Part shown: in pieces, positions 41,439 through 52,175 of the stretch
Layout of the letters: the number at the start of each line of letters is the position of its first letter
How positions within the stretch are numbered: position 1 is the stretch's first letter
Origin: a virus
DNA length: 64,000 bases
Strand: one strand, 5' to 3'
IMG/VR virus record: IMGVR_UViG_3300011113_000649
Span: 1-64,000 of that record
Translations under genes and position numbers: made by a program
The notes under the pieces: generated by a model
What the model was told of the DNA's origin: nothing
Seen by the model: only the letters and a program-made list of their open reading frames with translations
Databases searched by the model: none

Positions 41439-42598
41439 ATTATCCTCTGAATATACTCTTTAATTTGATCGTTAATTTCTTGTGTACTCATTTCGCCAAC
41501 GTCGTTTTTAGAAATGGTTGGTATAAAAACTCTATATGTATTCTGACACTTATTTTTAATTTGTTCGGCTGCTTTTTTACCTGCTTCATCATTATCTGTT
41601 AAAACTATTAAAGTCATCGCACCAGAAGAGTCTAATAAAATTTTTTGTCTGTCACTAAGCGATGAACCAAAAATAGCTACACTATTGTGAATACCATTTT
41701 CTTCTAGTCTCCACACATTTCCCGGACTCTCAACAATGATTGCTATTCCGGTGTCATATATATGATCTTTAGCAAACCAGAAATTGTAAAGATAGTTTTG
41801 ACTTTTAAAGTCGGCACTATGCTTCCATTTTGGATATCCCCATTTTTTATCATCAGATGGACACAAATTAGATGTGTCGTGATAAGATGAGCACTTTGTA
41901 CATTTTTCAAAAATGCTGCGACCGGTACATCCTACCATATATTCATAATTACTATCATAAATAGGAACAACCACTCTTTGATACATTGGCTTAGACGGGT
42001 TGGCACACAGTCCTACATCATATCTCTGTAGTGTACTATCTTTATAGTTTCTATCTATATAATATTGCGCTGGAATATTTATAGCTTTTATTATTTGATT
42101 TCTAGTAATTCTACTGTCAGACTTTTCTGCTTTAGCGTTTATATAGTTGATAATATTAGTAAAATTATTTTTCTCTTTTTCTGTTTTAGATATTTTGATA
42201 CTACTTAGATCTTTATTTAAAAAAGCTTGAACATACTCTAGGGCTTCATTAAAGGAACAACTAGCATCTCCTGGTTCAGACCAATGATATTTTTGATGAG
42301 ATATGATACCTCTTACAAAACCAATAATTGAAGACTTGAATTCTTGCTCACAATTATGTGTGCGACACTTCCAATTGCCCCTATACCTGTCTCCGTCTGG
42401 ATATATATTGAGCGCCGATGGATTATCTCCACCGTGTATGGGGCAACTCATTGAAATCATCTTGGAATTATTTTTAAACTCTAATCCAAATGTATCTAAT
42501 AGAGTTTCTATATTATCACACAAATCATCGCATAAAACTTTGAGTTTTGATTGATCAATTGAAGGGTATTTCTTCTTCATCATAGTCTGCTTGTTCAT
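41435..42598 (-). CDS. dnaG: DNA primase (CHC2 Zn finger plus Toprim)
   Basis: CPIH..C..C, IIVES, DNDEAG, DVGE. Confidence 0.85.
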   Translation of the reverse strand: MNKQTMMKKKYPSIDQSKLKVLCDDLCDNIETLLDTFGLEFKNNSKMISMSCPIHGGDNPSALNIYPDGDRYRGNWKCRTHNCEQEFKSSIIGFVRGIISHQKYHWSEPGDASCSFNEALEYVQAFLNKDLSSIKISKTEKEKNNFTNIINYINAKAEKSDSRITRNQIIKAINIPAQYYIDRNYKDSTLQRYDVGLCANPSKPMYQRVVVPIYDSNYEYMVGCTGRSIFEKCTKCSSYHDTSNLCPSDDKKWGYPKWKHSADFKSQNYLYNFWFAKDHIYDTGIAIIVESPGNVWRLEENGIHNSVAIFGSSLSDRQKILLDSSGAMTLIVLTDNDEAGKKAAEQIKNKCQNTYRVFIPTISKNDVGEMSTQEINDQIKEYIQRII

Positions 42599-44021
42599 CT
42601 ACAACAAATCCTTCGTCTTCGTTTTTAGTGTTGTTTAATAATTCTAATCTTGTTTTGCCTTCTGTAATTTTGGCACACCAACCCTTCATATGACAATTAA
42701 TATAATCATTATCATCAAGTCCACCGCCGTGACGGCTCACTAATGGTAGTAGTTTTCTGTTTCCGTTTGTTGGTCCATCTTCAGCTATTTCTTCATCGCT
42801 TTTGCGTTTAAAAATACTAAAATTACTACACAGCCAAATAATTCTATCAGAACCACTAGCAGTATCTGTACTTTCTTTCGTAATACCATCCCGGTTCAAC
42901 TGTATAAATGCAACAATCGGTATTTGATATCTTACAGCAAAATTATGTAAACTGGTCATCATAAACCCTAAGACCTGATACTCTTTTAGATCTTGATTCA
43001 TTCCTTGACTATCCATAAGTTTCAAATAATCATAGAAAATCACACATTGTTTAGCTGTTCCATCGTCATTTAATCCAACTTCTTTTAAGATCCATCTACG
43101 CATAATTGCTAATTGTTCTTCAAATGGCTTGCCGGCGATACTCTTATAGAAGAGTCTAGTAGATTTAAGTTCTTCAGCTGCTTTTAATATTTTAGTTTTA
43201 GTATCAGCAGATTCTGCAAATCTTCCTGTTTCTATAGCATTAATTTCTACTTCTGTCATCATACCAAGAACTCTATTAATATGGTCTACTGTATTCATTT
43301 CTGTATCCATATTTAAAACAGGAATATTATGTTTATGTGCTATATGAAAACCTATATTATCAGACAACAAGGTTTTGCCTGTTTTTGGTCTAGCCGCAAT
43401 AACGTTTACAGTTCCTTTTCTTAATCCTCCGCCGATTGCCTGATCATAAACCGGAAAACCGGTAGGTATTCCTATTTGATCGACTTTGTTTTCTTCAAGA
43501 CTTTTAATGTACTGATCAATATCTTTACCGATACTTATCGGATTATTGTCTGTATCATTTAGCAAAGAAGAAAAATTAAAAACGGCGTCCTCCGCAACAC
43601 CTAATATAGATGCTATCGGCTCATTACCATTAACTTCTAATAGTTTATCTCCAGCCTGTTCAAGCTGTTTTCTTAACAGCCTAGCTATTTCTAACTTGCG
43701 TATTTTAGCAGCAAATTTGCGAACATTTTCTAGACTAACAGGAAAATCTATAATAGCTTTAAGGTGTTGTGCTTCTTCTTTTTTGGTAAAAATATTAGAA
43801 ACACCAATGTCTTGGGCGGCAGAGTATATAGAAGCCACATCAATTGATGGCTTTTGTTCGTTTTCGCACAGGTATTTTAAGCATTGATATATAATGCTAT
43901 TGCTGTCAATAGTAAACGATGACGCTTGAACTATATCTGCAACATCTAAATACGCATCTTCTCCATACCTGCAAATACCCGCCAATACCGCTCTTTCAGA
44001 TGCTGGATCACACAATATCAT
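42555..44021 (-). CDS. dnaB: Replicative DNA helicase
   Basis: SERAVLA, AARPKTGKT, DTEM, YDYLKL, QLNR, SRHG. Confidence 0.9.
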   Translation of the reverse strand: MILCDPASERAVLAGICRYGEDAYLDVADIVQASSFTIDSNSIIYQCLKYLCENEQKPSIDVASIYSAAQDIGVSNIFTKKEEAQHLKAIIDFPVSLENVRKFAAKIRKLEIARLLRKQLEQAGDKLLEVNGNEPIASILGVAEDAVFNFSSLLNDTDNNPISIGKDIDQYIKSLEENKVDQIGIPTGFPVYDQAIGGGLRKGTVNVIAARPKTGKTLLSDNIGFHIAHKHNIPVLNMDTEMNTVDHINRVLGMMTEVEINAIETGRFAESADTKTKILKAAEELKSTRLFYKSIAGKPFEEQLAIMRRWILKEVGLNDDGTAKQCVIFYDYLKLMDSQGMNQDLKEYQVLGFMMTSLHNFAVRYQIPIVAFIQLNRDGITKESTDTASGSDRIIWLCSNFSIFKRKSDEEIAEDGPTNGNRKLLPLVSRHGGGLDDNDYINCHMKGWCAKITEGKTRLELLNNTKNEDEGFVVDEQADYDEEEIPFN

Positions 44022-44025
44022 TTTT

Positions 44026-44385
44026 TCACCCTGCTGAAGTTGAACACTTATTGCACTTATATCTTTCTACCGATTCTATCAAAGATGGATTAGTTTGTTC
44101 TTCTTTTCCACATACTCTGCATTTAACCTTCGCTGGTTTGTAATTTCGAGATCTTTGCGTTGGGGGTAGTTTTCTTAGTTTCTTGTCTATCTCAACATCG
44201 TCTTTATGCATACCTGATTCGGACATTGTATCAAACTTATTTTTAGTTTTTTTGGCTTTATTTTTCTTAGTATTGGTATTTTGGGCTGGTTTAGATGATT
44301 GCTCTTCTACAGAGTCGCTATCGTCCGACAACCCTCTTTGCAAAATAGCTATTAGTTGTTTAATATCGTCTTGATCAAGACCCAT
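44026..44385 (-). CDS. Hypothetical protein, C-terminal Zn ribbon
   Basis: CRVC...CNKC. Confidence 0.65.
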   Translation of the reverse strand: MGLDQDDIKQLIAILQRGLSDDSDSVEEQSSKPAQNTNTKKNKAKKTKNKFDTMSESGMHKDDVEIDKKLRKLPPTQRSRNYKPAKVKCRVCGKEEQTNPSLIESVERYKCNKCSTSAG

Positions 44386-44863
44386 TTTTCACCTTATTTC
44401 TTTGTATTGATAATAAAATATCTGATAAATTTTTGATACCATTGGCTAAATACGAAAGCCTATCTGATCTTTGTTTAGCAAATTTTTTAATATTATTTAA
44501 TGCTTGTGCTCTATCGTTATGTTTGATAGCCTGCCCACTTTTTTCTAGATATCCATACCCTTTATAATTATTGATTTCATCAGAAATAGTTTCCTTAATA
44601 GTCTCATCTGCCCAATTGTATCTAGCCAACTCTCTATTAATAGTGCGTTGAATATGAAATGAAAATTGGCCAAGACGATATGATATTTGAGCACAGTCTT
44701 CCGGATTAAGTTTTTCTAAAGTGTCTCTATTCATTGTCAAGTATTCGTTCAGTTCGCTTTCTTGCAACAGATCATTCTTATATGTCGGTAGACCTACAGA
44801 CTGTTCATATTCATCAAGAATATCATCCCAGTATTTTATCTCTTCCTTGGTAGATTTATGCAT
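44375..44863 (-). CDS. Helical hypothetical protein (UvsY-like position)
   Basis: Coiled-coil character; near the RecA-like gene. Confidence 0.5.
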   Translation of the reverse strand: MHKSTKEEIKYWDDILDEYEQSVGLPTYKNDLLQESELNEYLTMNRDTLEKLNPEDCAQISYRLGQFSFHIQRTINRELARYNWADETIKETISDEINNYKGYGYLEKSGQAIKHNDRAQALNNIKKFAKQRSDRLSYLANGIKNLSDILLSIQRNKVKNGS

Positions 44864-45263
44864 TGTTTAATTTCTCTTCCCATTGTGATTCATTTTCATA
44901 GTGAGGTAAAACAATATATTTGATGTCGTTTATATCACACCACTCTTCTTTTTCTCTGTCTCTTTTTTGAGATTTTAAGAAGGCCAACATATTATTATGA
45001 TAGAATCCAACAAAGTTATAGTGCTGTTCTCCATGTACTTCTACACATAGCCTTTTAAGAGGTAAATAAAAATCCAAATATAATGTTTCACTGCGTCTAA
45101 GCGGAATCGGCACTTCTTCTAAAATTTGTAAAGTCGGAAAATGATTGGTAATTAATTCTCTGGCTTTTAAATGAAAACTAGAACGATTATTGATTTTACC
45201 ATGTGCCATGTTCCCTGTCAACTGCCAACTATGAGCTATGCCATCTAAATCTTTTACTTGCAT
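44856..45263 (-). CDS. DUF559/Vsr-like endonuclease
   Basis: LDFYLP..VEVHGEQH..RD..K..WC. Confidence 0.7.
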   Translation of the reverse strand: MQVKDLDGIAHSWQLTGNMAHGKINNRSSFHLKARELITNHFPTLQILEEVPIPLRRSETLYLDFYLPLKRLCVEVHGEQHYNFVGFYHNNMLAFLKSQKRDREKEEWCDINDIKYIVLPHYENESQWEEKLNNA

Positions 45264-46270
45264 TTAATTCCCATTGTCTCTTTTAGAGATGACACCAAAC
45301 CTTCATATGCTTTAGCATTTTCTAACAAGAAATTTCTAACTTTTTCTGTGCCTTGAAACTTAGGTTTATCTTCAATAGTAGTCAGAGTATACCACGCTCC
45401 ACCCTTGTGTATCAAACCCATATCTGAAGCTAAGCATATAGCTTCCATATATTTATCGATACCTTGTCCGTATCTTATATAACTAGTAATTTGACCACCA
45501 GGAGGTCCAAGAGCAGAACACGCCACTTGCCACTCAATCTCTTGTCCTATTTGACTACTATCGGCACTTAATACCCAAGGCTTGAAAGTTTTTGCTCGAA
45601 TTTTAATATCTGTTTGATATGCTATCGCCTGACCGCTTTTCTCTTTAAATTCAGCACCATAACCTGTTGGATTACCCATTAAATGAGTAATACCAATTAC
45701 AATGTTTTTATTCACAGGTATAACATTCGCAACTTTACGACAAAATTTAGCTAAAAGTTTTGCACCATCTGCTCTTTGCATTTTATCCATTTCGCTAGTA
45801 ATTTCTGCTTCTGTACATAGCGCAGAATATGAGTCTATTATAACTATAGACCCAGGTATTTCATTAATAATTTTCTCTGCTATTTGGAGATATTCTTCGG
45901 CGTGTAATATCTTACCCTGTTGACTCCCTATGACATGGAATCTAGATAAGTCTAAACCCGGTATTCCTTCTAGGTCTCTTTTTTTGAGTCTGCCTTCTAT
46001 ATTTAGATAGTATACTTCCCTAGGTGTTTTTAAATCACCATTATATTCTGGTCTCTGTGCCGTAGCGGCAAAATCTAAAGAGGTTGTGGTTTTACCACAT
46101 TTGGGTTGTCCTGTAAATACAACAAAACTTCCTTCTGGTATTCCACCATTAAGAACTATATCTAAAGAAGGACTAACGGGTATAATTACTAATTTCTTAT
46201 CAACAACCGCATTGCCACTTAGAATAATATCTTCGCCAAATATTTTAGTTACGTCTTCTTTAACACTCAT
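45254..46270 (-). CDS. recA: RecA/UvsX-like recombinase
   Basis: SLDIVLNGGIPEG, GQPKCGKTT, IIDS, KGGAWY. Confidence 0.85.
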   Translation of the reverse strand: MSVKEDVTKIFGEDIILSGNAVVDKKLVIIPVSPSLDIVLNGGIPEGSFVVFTGQPKCGKTTTSLDFAATAQRPEYNGDLKTPREVYYLNIEGRLKKRDLEGIPGLDLSRFHVIGSQQGKILHAEEYLQIAEKIINEIPGSIVIIDSYSALCTEAEITSEMDKMQRADGAKLLAKFCRKVANVIPVNKNIVIGITHLMGNPTGYGAEFKEKSGQAIAYQTDIKIRAKTFKPWVLSADSSQIGQEIEWQVACSALGPPGGQITSYIRYGQGIDKYMEAICLASDMGLIHKGGAWYTLTTIEDKPKFQGTEKVRNFLLENAKAYEGLVSSLKETMGIKCK

Positions 46271-46688
46271 TATCTATATCCTTTAATTTAGAAAATATGT
46301 TCTTGGTATTTTTACTATTGATAGGGCCAAACTTTACGCTTTCCACCCTATTCAAATTGAGAGTTAGATTTGTATTTTCTGCATCTAGTTTTTTCTGTTC
46401 TGTTTCTATCATAGGAACAAGATGTGGTGCTCGCAGAGAATAAATTTTTGCGGCTTTTGGATCTTTTAATGCTCTTACAATAGCAATATCGTTGTACTTT
46501 TTAACTAGTTTATACGCAGACGATATTTGATTTTTATAATAAGATGCCCATTCTTTATTAAGCCAGAACCTATAATGCAAGTCTAGCTTATCTTTTTTCG
46601 CCTTATTCTCACAAATTAGTTCGGTTATATATTGTGCCGCACTAACTTCTTTGTCGTTAGAATATTTCGATATGTATTTTTTAGCCAT
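46260..46688 (-). CDS. Hypothetical protein
   Basis: Coupled ORF. Confidence 0.65.
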   Translation of the reverse strand: MAKKYISKYSNDKEVSAAQYITELICENKAKKDKLDLHYRFWLNKEWASYYKNQISSAYKLVKKYNDIAIVRALKDPKAAKIYSLRAPHLVPMIETEQKKLDAENTNLTLNLNRVESVKFGPINSKNTKNIFSKLKDIDNEC

Positions 46689-47013
46689 TGGGTCTAAAGA
46701 TAGCGTTTTTGCTTGTTCTAGAAGTTGCTGATCTAAAATTTTTAACTAGTTCGTCATTAAGTTGAGAAGCGCCTTCTGTCATAACGCTAACATTATTAGT
46801 TTTTTTAGCAGCGGTGTGTCTGGTCATTAGGTTTTGACTTTTGCTAATTTTGCGAGGTTTGTCTTGTTTAGGTTCATCGAGTATACCATCCACGATAGCT
46901 TCTGCAATACCTAGTTCTAAAGCGATATCTTTGGATTTAAGCTTTAGTGTGTCATGCAAATATTTTACTGCATATTCAGTTTGTTTGTTTCTGGTTTTAT
47001 TGTTTTTAGTCAT
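46681..47013 (-). CDS. HTH-containing hypothetical protein
   Basis: SKDIALELGIAEAIV. Confidence 0.6.
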   Translation of the reverse strand: MTKNNKTRNKQTEYAVKYLHDTLKLKSKDIALELGIAEAIVDGILDEPKQDKPRKISKSQNLMTRHTAAKKTNNVSVMTEGASQLNDELVKNFRSATSRTSKNAIFRPNG

Positions 47014-47408
47014 TATGCCATCTCTCTTTCTGCATTATTGAGCCATGCTATGTTTTTTGTTGACAAAAAGTTTAAATATAAATCAAAAATTTTAGGGTTT
47101 ACTTCTTTGAATTCAAATTCTTTACGGCCAATTTTAGCTATAAACTTTTGACTTTTACCTTCGCTAAACAAACCCATTGGATTAAAAATTTTGCCATATG
47201 TACCAACTTTAATATATAATTTATGTATACCATTTTTGTTAATAGACTTAGCAACAACATTTTTTGATTCTTCTTTAGCTTGTGGTCTATTATTAGAGTC
47301 TATAAAATCGTGATCTCCTAAAATCGTGAAGTACTGAATATCTGACTCATTAGCTACTTTGGTTTTACTATTTTGATTGGGCGTAAAAATACAATTTTCT
47401 GTTTTCAT
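47013..47408 (-). CDS. Hypothetical protein
   Basis: Coupled ORF. Confidence 0.65.
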   Translation of the reverse strand: MKTENCIFTPNQNSKTKVANESDIQYFTILGDHDFIDSNNRPQAKEESKNVVAKSINKNGIHKLYIKVGTYGKIFNPMGLFSEGKSQKFIAKIGRKEFEFKEVNPKIFDLYLNFLSTKNIAWLNNAEREMA

Positions 47409-47788
47409 TTTTTTCGGCTCCGTTTATTTTTAATATTATTTGTTCCAGGCCACAATGTTTTTTGTGATTTCTTTAGTCTGCTCATACCAGATGGCAATGG
47501 CTTAGCTTCTTCTTTATTATCTCTATAGTCATTATGTTTTTGATAAAGCTCTATTTTTTGATCTTCGCTCATGCGTTCTGTATTTCTTAAGGCCAAATCC
47601 CCTATAGTTTTTAGTTCGCTATTAGACTTTTTAACAGATGCTGACTGGGTTAATACGTCGTTTACATAAAGTCTATTGGAGCGTTTATTACATTGAGGAC
47701 ATTTAGCGTGAGGATCATAGTCTTTGATATAAAAGAAAAGCTCAAATACTTGATCGCATTTATCGCAGTTATATGTGTAGTTAGGCAT
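47405..47788 (-). CDS. FmdB-family Zn-ribbon protein
   Basis: MPNYTYNCDKC...CPQC. Confidence 0.8.
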   Translation of the reverse strand: MPNYTYNCDKCDQVFELFFYIKDYDPHAKCPQCNKRSNRLYVNDVLTQSASVKKSNSELKTIGDLALRNTERMSEDQKIELYQKHNDYRDNKEEAKPLPSGMSRLKKSQKTLWPGTNNIKNKRSRKK

Positions 47789-48365
47789 AGTATGCTTCTG
47801 GCAAATAAGTTTTCCATTCCTTGGGGATATCTGTTTTTATTTTATGAAGATGGTGGCTAATAGGCAAGTATTTTTGGCTTTTAGTGGGTTTTATAGGAAT
47901 ATTTATTAGCGGCATATTTGCTTGTTTGGGTGTTTTGTTTCCTTTTTTCCTATTACATGGAACACAAGCTGTTACTATATTTGTCCAACAAGTTGGAGAA
48001 GCTTGACTATGTGACCAAACAGATTTTGGAATAACATGATCATACGTCAAATAACCAGCTTCATACTGATTTCCACAATATTGACAGGTATAATTATCTC
48101 TTAAAAAGATATTTTTACGAGAAAATATTAGCGTTTGATTAGTTTGTCTGAAAAATCTTTTAGTCCTAGCCACCGCGGGTATAGGGTATTTTTTATTATT
48201 GACCCCATTAATATGGTCGTTTTTAAAAAAATCAATAATATCAATACCGTATCGAGGATTATCCTCATACTTCATGTGCCAGACAACCGCTTTTTTCCAA
48301 TGAATTATAGATAACGGAGTAAAATCTGCATTAAGCAATAAGCACTTACTATTTTGTTGTCTCAT
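47781..48365 (-). CDS. HNH endonuclease (McrA-like)
   Basis: LLLNADFTPL, RDNYTCQYC, DHVIP, CVPCNRKKG. Confidence 0.9.
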   Translation of the reverse strand: MRQQNSKCLLLNADFTPLSIIHWKKAVVWHMKYEDNPRYGIDIIDFFKNDHINGVNNKKYPIPAVARTKRFFRQTNQTLIFSRKNIFLRDNYTCQYCGNQYEAGYLTYDHVIPKSVWSHSQASPTCWTNIVTACVPCNRKKGNKTPKQANMPLINIPIKPTKSQKYLPISHHLHKIKTDIPKEWKTYLPEAYYA

Positions 48366-49071
48366 TTTCTACAGTTTCTAGTCTAGCTAAAATTTTGCCA
48401 ATAATAGGATTACGAATAATATCAGCATTATTCAATTGAGACACACCGATACCTTCTATGTCTTGTAAGTTAGATATTAATTGTAAAAATCCACCCCTGA
48501 GATATCTTTGCAAATCCGATTGGCTTATATCTCCAGTTAATACCATTTTACTCTCATTGCCAATACGAGTCAATAACATTTTTAATTGATCGTACGAAGC
48601 ATTTTGACACTCATCAGCGACAATAAAACAATTATGAAAGTTACGACCTCTCATCAATCCAAGAGGTACAATTTCTATTTTGTTTTGTGTTTTTAAACTA
48701 ACATATTGACTTATTGGTATAAAGTGTACAATTTCATCTAAAATAGGTAAAAGATATGGGTGAAGTTTTTCTTCTGCTGTTCCAGGCAAAAATCCTAATT
48801 TTTCACCAGATTCTACAACGGGTCTTGTGATAACTATTTTATTAACTTTATTTTCTAGTAAATACTCAATTGCCATACCAACAGCAATATGTGTTTTACC
48901 ACTACCAGCAACACCCTGGCAAAAGGTTATAGTATTTTCTGCAATTGTTCTTACAAATTCATGCTGATTAATAGTTTTTGGTTTAAGTCTATTTTTATAA
49001 GCAAAGCCAGAACTATTTTGTACTAATGAATTTGTAGCATCTATAGTCTTTTTCTTTTTTTGTTTTCTCAA
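48349..49071 (-). CDS. phoH: PhoH-family ATPase
   Basis: GVAGSGKT, RPVVE, LGFLPG, MRGR, DECQN, GDISQ. Confidence 0.93.
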   Translation of the reverse strand: MRKQKKKKTIDATNSLVQNSSGFAYKNRLKPKTINQHEFVRTIAENTITFCQGVAGSGKTHIAVGMAIEYLLENKVNKIVITRPVVESGEKLGFLPGTAEEKLHPYLLPILDEIVHFIPISQYVSLKTQNKIEIVPLGLMRGRNFHNCFIVADECQNASYDQLKMLLTRIGNESKMVLTGDISQSDLQRYLRGGFLQLISNLQDIEGIGVSQLNNADIIRNPIIGKILARLETVENETTK

Positions 49072-49093
49072 GTTATACCTTTCGAAATATGGG

Positions 49094-51286
49094 TTAAATT
49101 AGACATGCGCCGCCAGCACAACTAACCTCTTCTATTCCGGCAGTATTATCCTCTGTTTCTACTAGTTGTGTATAATCAACCTTTTTAAAACTACTAAAAA
49201 GATCACAATAGAGTTTCCAGTTATAAACATCTTTCATACAATATGTCAAACGTCTTATATCTCCACCAAAATATTTACCAGCAAAGTTTTTCATTTTCGT
49301 GACAAATAAAAGTTTTTCTTTAGGGTCTTGTTCTTTAGCCTGATTCATACTGACATAATCACAAGCAGCCCATAGATTATTATTAAAGGCGTTTAAGCCT
49401 AGCTCTATTAATCCAGAGCACCATAACGCAGCGTCACCATACTCTTTGACTATTTCTCTGCTTGTGTAAACAGTAGTAAAGGGAGCCTGTGGATAGTCTT
49501 TGTCTCCACTTTGGGGGATTAAACTAATACCAGCAAAATATTTACGATTATTATAAATATATTTGGTTACCTCGCCCCACTCGTCTGGCTTAACAGTTAC
49601 AGTATTGCTAACATTATGGCTAAGATATTCTTTTGTGCATAATGACTTATTTTTACCAGAATTCACCCAATTCTTTTGTGTTTCTTTAACTACGGCCAAC
49701 ATATCTACTGCTGGTAATTGATTTTTAAGTTTAGCTCCGTCTGGAACCTCAATAGGAAATTTAATAACCTCGTCAGTATTATTGGCTGACCATGAAGATT
49801 TTTCACAGGCTTGTGGGTTATAATTCTTAAAGTGTTGGAATGGTGCTTCTAAAATATTGGCCTGTACATGCCTTATATATCGCTTAGCATGATGAGGATG
49901 AATACCAGAAGACGTACCAAGCATACTACTACTAGTGCCTTCTGGCTTTAAACAGGTTACTCTAGCGGCTTGATTTATGTCGATTTTATCCGCTATAATT
50001 TTATTTGTTTCGACCGCAATCTTAGCGCCTTGTTTTAAAACCTTTTCGGACAATACCAGATCGTGTTTTTCCATGATACCAGTTAGAGAAACACCTAATA
50101 AAGCTTCTCTTTGGAATATCTTGCAGCTTATTTCGCCTAAGTAATCTAATTTAGTAAAGCCAGCTTGTAATGTTCCAATAATTGCTGCTGCTTTACATCT
50201 TTCATAAAAGTCTTCTTCGTCTGTGACACTAGAGCAATTGATCGTAGAAAGATTACATCCCTGCCATCCACTTTCTCCAGTTGTTTCATCAACGGGCCAC
50301 ATGCCAATTTCTACACATGGATTAAAAATCATTTCTGTAGATTCGCTCCAAATAAATCCTGGTTCTCCAAACTCTTTAACGCTTTCCATCAGCGTTTCAA
50401 ATTCTTCAAGCGTGGTTTCGTTTTTAAGCAATAAGGCCGAGTTGTTACTTCTTGCTCTTTGGGGATTGTCTATATACCAATTACCAGTTTTAGCTTTTGC
50501 CATTTCTTCATCGTTTGCACTAAATAATGCTAAACTAGCAGATCTCCTTACTCCACCACTTAACACAGCGTCACTACTATGCATAACAATATCATAAGCA
50601 TCAATTGGTCTAAGCTTTTTTTGTCCATTAGCAATACAACGATCTAATAGCGTTCTGACTTTTTCTAGTCCTTTGGCCAATGGTTCAAATCCAGGCGCTT
50701 TACCAACACCAGAACTTAGGTCGGATCCTTGTGGCCTAATATTACTATAATCAAATAGTATATGACAATTTTTATATTGTTTAAATTCTTCAACAGGTTT
50801 GCTAAAATATGAACTTAGTAAAACACCCAAAGCATCAGCCCAACCCTCGATACTATCTTCTATAAGATAGACAGTGCCTTGATCTTTAGGCGGATTGTGT
50901 TCAAGTGTTGGTAGTTTAGCAACATGGTGTTTTTGTACGCTAAAACCAGTACCACTGCCACAAAGCAATAGCCAAAAACATTCCTGAAAAAATCTTAATC
51001 TATCACAATAAGAACTTGTGCAGTTGTATATCTTGGCATGTCTTTTTAGAATGGGGTCGCCACCAAACTGTAGCCCTCTTTGACTCCCCAAAATCTTTTT
51101 TTTGTACATAATGTCATATGCCCAATCAATCTCGTCTGAGATATTTTTGTCGGCATACATTGTATGCATCATGTTTTTAACTCTTTCAACGGCCTCTTTC
51201 CATGTCTCTCTTCTTTTTTTATCTTCTAGCCAACGAGCATATTTACTAACAAATGTATAATTTTGCAATTCTTGAAGAGCGGACAT
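49094..51286 (-). CDS. nrdJ: Class II (adenosylcobalamin-dependent) ribonucleotide reductase
   Basis: YNC, GGVRRSA, NPCVEI, GCNL, KPEGT, C-terminal CAGGAC; no small subunit adjacent. Confidence 0.88.
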   Translation of the reverse strand: MSALQELQNYTFVSKYARWLEDKKRRETWKEAVERVKNMMHTMYADKNISDEIDWAYDIMYKKKILGSQRGLQFGGDPILKRHAKIYNCTSSYCDRLRFFQECFWLLLCGSGTGFSVQKHHVAKLPTLEHNPPKDQGTVYLIEDSIEGWADALGVLLSSYFSKPVEEFKQYKNCHILFDYSNIRPQGSDLSSGVGKAPGFEPLAKGLEKVRTLLDRCIANGQKKLRPIDAYDIVMHSSDAVLSGGVRRSASLALFSANDEEMAKAKTGNWYIDNPQRARSNNSALLLKNETTLEEFETLMESVKEFGEPGFIWSESTEMIFNPCVEIGMWPVDETTGESGWQGCNLSTINCSSVTDEEDFYERCKAAAIIGTLQAGFTKLDYLGEISCKIFQREALLGVSLTGIMEKHDLVLSEKVLKQGAKIAVETNKIIADKIDINQAARVTCLKPEGTSSSMLGTSSGIHPHHAKRYIRHVQANILEAPFQHFKNYNPQACEKSSWSANNTDEVIKFPIEVPDGAKLKNQLPAVDMLAVVKETQKNWVNSGKNKSLCTKEYLSHNVSNTVTVKPDEWGEVTKYIYNNRKYFAGISLIPQSGDKDYPQAPFTTVYTSREIVKEYGDAALWCSGLIELGLNAFNNNLWAACDYVSMNQAKEQDPKEKLLFVTKMKNFAGKYFGGDIRRLTYCMKDVYNWKLYCDLFSSFKKVDYTQLVETEDNTAGIEEVSCAGGACLI

Positions 51287-51287
51287 A

Positions 51288-51425
51288 CTATCTCCTATTA
51301 ATTAGTGTTAAAAGACCTAATATTACCAATCCTTTAAAAGATTTTTCTATCATTAGAGTATCAGAGGTAATATTGAAATATAAATAAAAAAATAACATTA
51401 TAAAAAAACAAATCTTATACATCAT
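51288..51425 (-). CDS. 45-aa hydrophobic protein (not in ORF track)
   Basis: MMYKICFFIMLFFYLYFNITSDTLMIEKSFKGLVILGLLTLINRR; ATGA overlap; fills the gap. Confidence 0.55.
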   Translation of the reverse strand: MMYKICFFIMLFFYLYFNITSDTLMIEKSFKGLVILGLLTLINRR

Positions 51426-51892
51426 ATTACACCACACAAATGTTTCAGCCACGAAAGATTTGGTTCTATATATATAATATTAATGCCACTCATTTGTACA
51501 AAAGTTGTAAATCTTTTTTCAGCATCAGCATCAAATAAATGTGTACCATGATCTTTTGTCATGACTATAGTACGAATACCTTCTTGCCACAAAGCCATAA
51601 CACAATCATTACAACATTGTCCTGTAACATACGCGATACCATTTTCTGGTCGTATAATACAATTAGATAATGCATTACGTTCAGCATGAATCATCCAAGA
51701 ATATTTTTCCGGTCGTGTTTTGGGCAATAGACCATCGTCTAAGCCTCGAGCAAATCCATTATATCCTATTCCTAGTATACGGTGATTATTGTCAGTAATC
51801 ACGCACCCATGCTGAGTTTGTAGGTCATGACTACGTTGAGAAACAACTTTAGCCAAGCCTAAAAAATAATCTATCCAGTTTGGTCGTTCCAT
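51422..51892 (-). CDS. dCMP deaminase
   Basis: GYNG, HAERNA, CNDC. Confidence 0.88.
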   Translation of the reverse strand: MERPNWIDYFLGLAKVVSQRSHDLQTQHGCVITDNNHRILGIGYNGFARGLDDGLLPKTRPEKYSWMIHAERNALSNCIIRPENGIAYVTGQCCNDCVMALWQEGIRTIVMTKDHGTHLFDADAEKRFTTFVQMSGINIIYIEPNLSWLKHLCGVI

Positions 51893-51899
51893 AATAAAT

Positions 51900-51927
51900 A
51901 TTATAGCACGACGAGTCGTTTGGTCAA
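51900..51927 (-). promoter_or_regulatory. Sigma70-type promoter, probably leaderless transcript
   Basis: TTGACC-16 nt-TATAAT with TGn extension, 7 nt before the ATG; no RBS. Confidence 0.7.
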
Positions 51928-52175
51928 GATGTCTTTGTAAGCTTATTATAGAGAATTAGTGTTAAAACGCCGCCAGCAATACCCATAAAAATACCAGATG
52001 GACTTAGGCTGTTATATGTTCCTAAAAGATATAAAACAGCACCACCCATGTATGAGCCAGCAACACCAACCGCTACGGTTTGAAAAAAACCCATACGCTC
52101 TTCACCAGGAACGAGAGATTTCGCAATACTGCCTACGAACAAACCATATACACACCAGACTAATAAATTAAACAT
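51924..52175 (-). CDS. GlsB/YeaQ/YmgE (transglycosylase-associated) membrane protein
   Basis: GLFVGSIAKSLVPG..GVAGSYMGG; three hydrophobic helices. Confidence 0.85.
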   Translation of the reverse strand: MFNLLVWCVYGLFVGSIAKSLVPGEERMGFFQTVAVGVAGSYMGGAVLYLLGTYNSLSPSGIFMGIAGGVLTLILYNKLTKTS

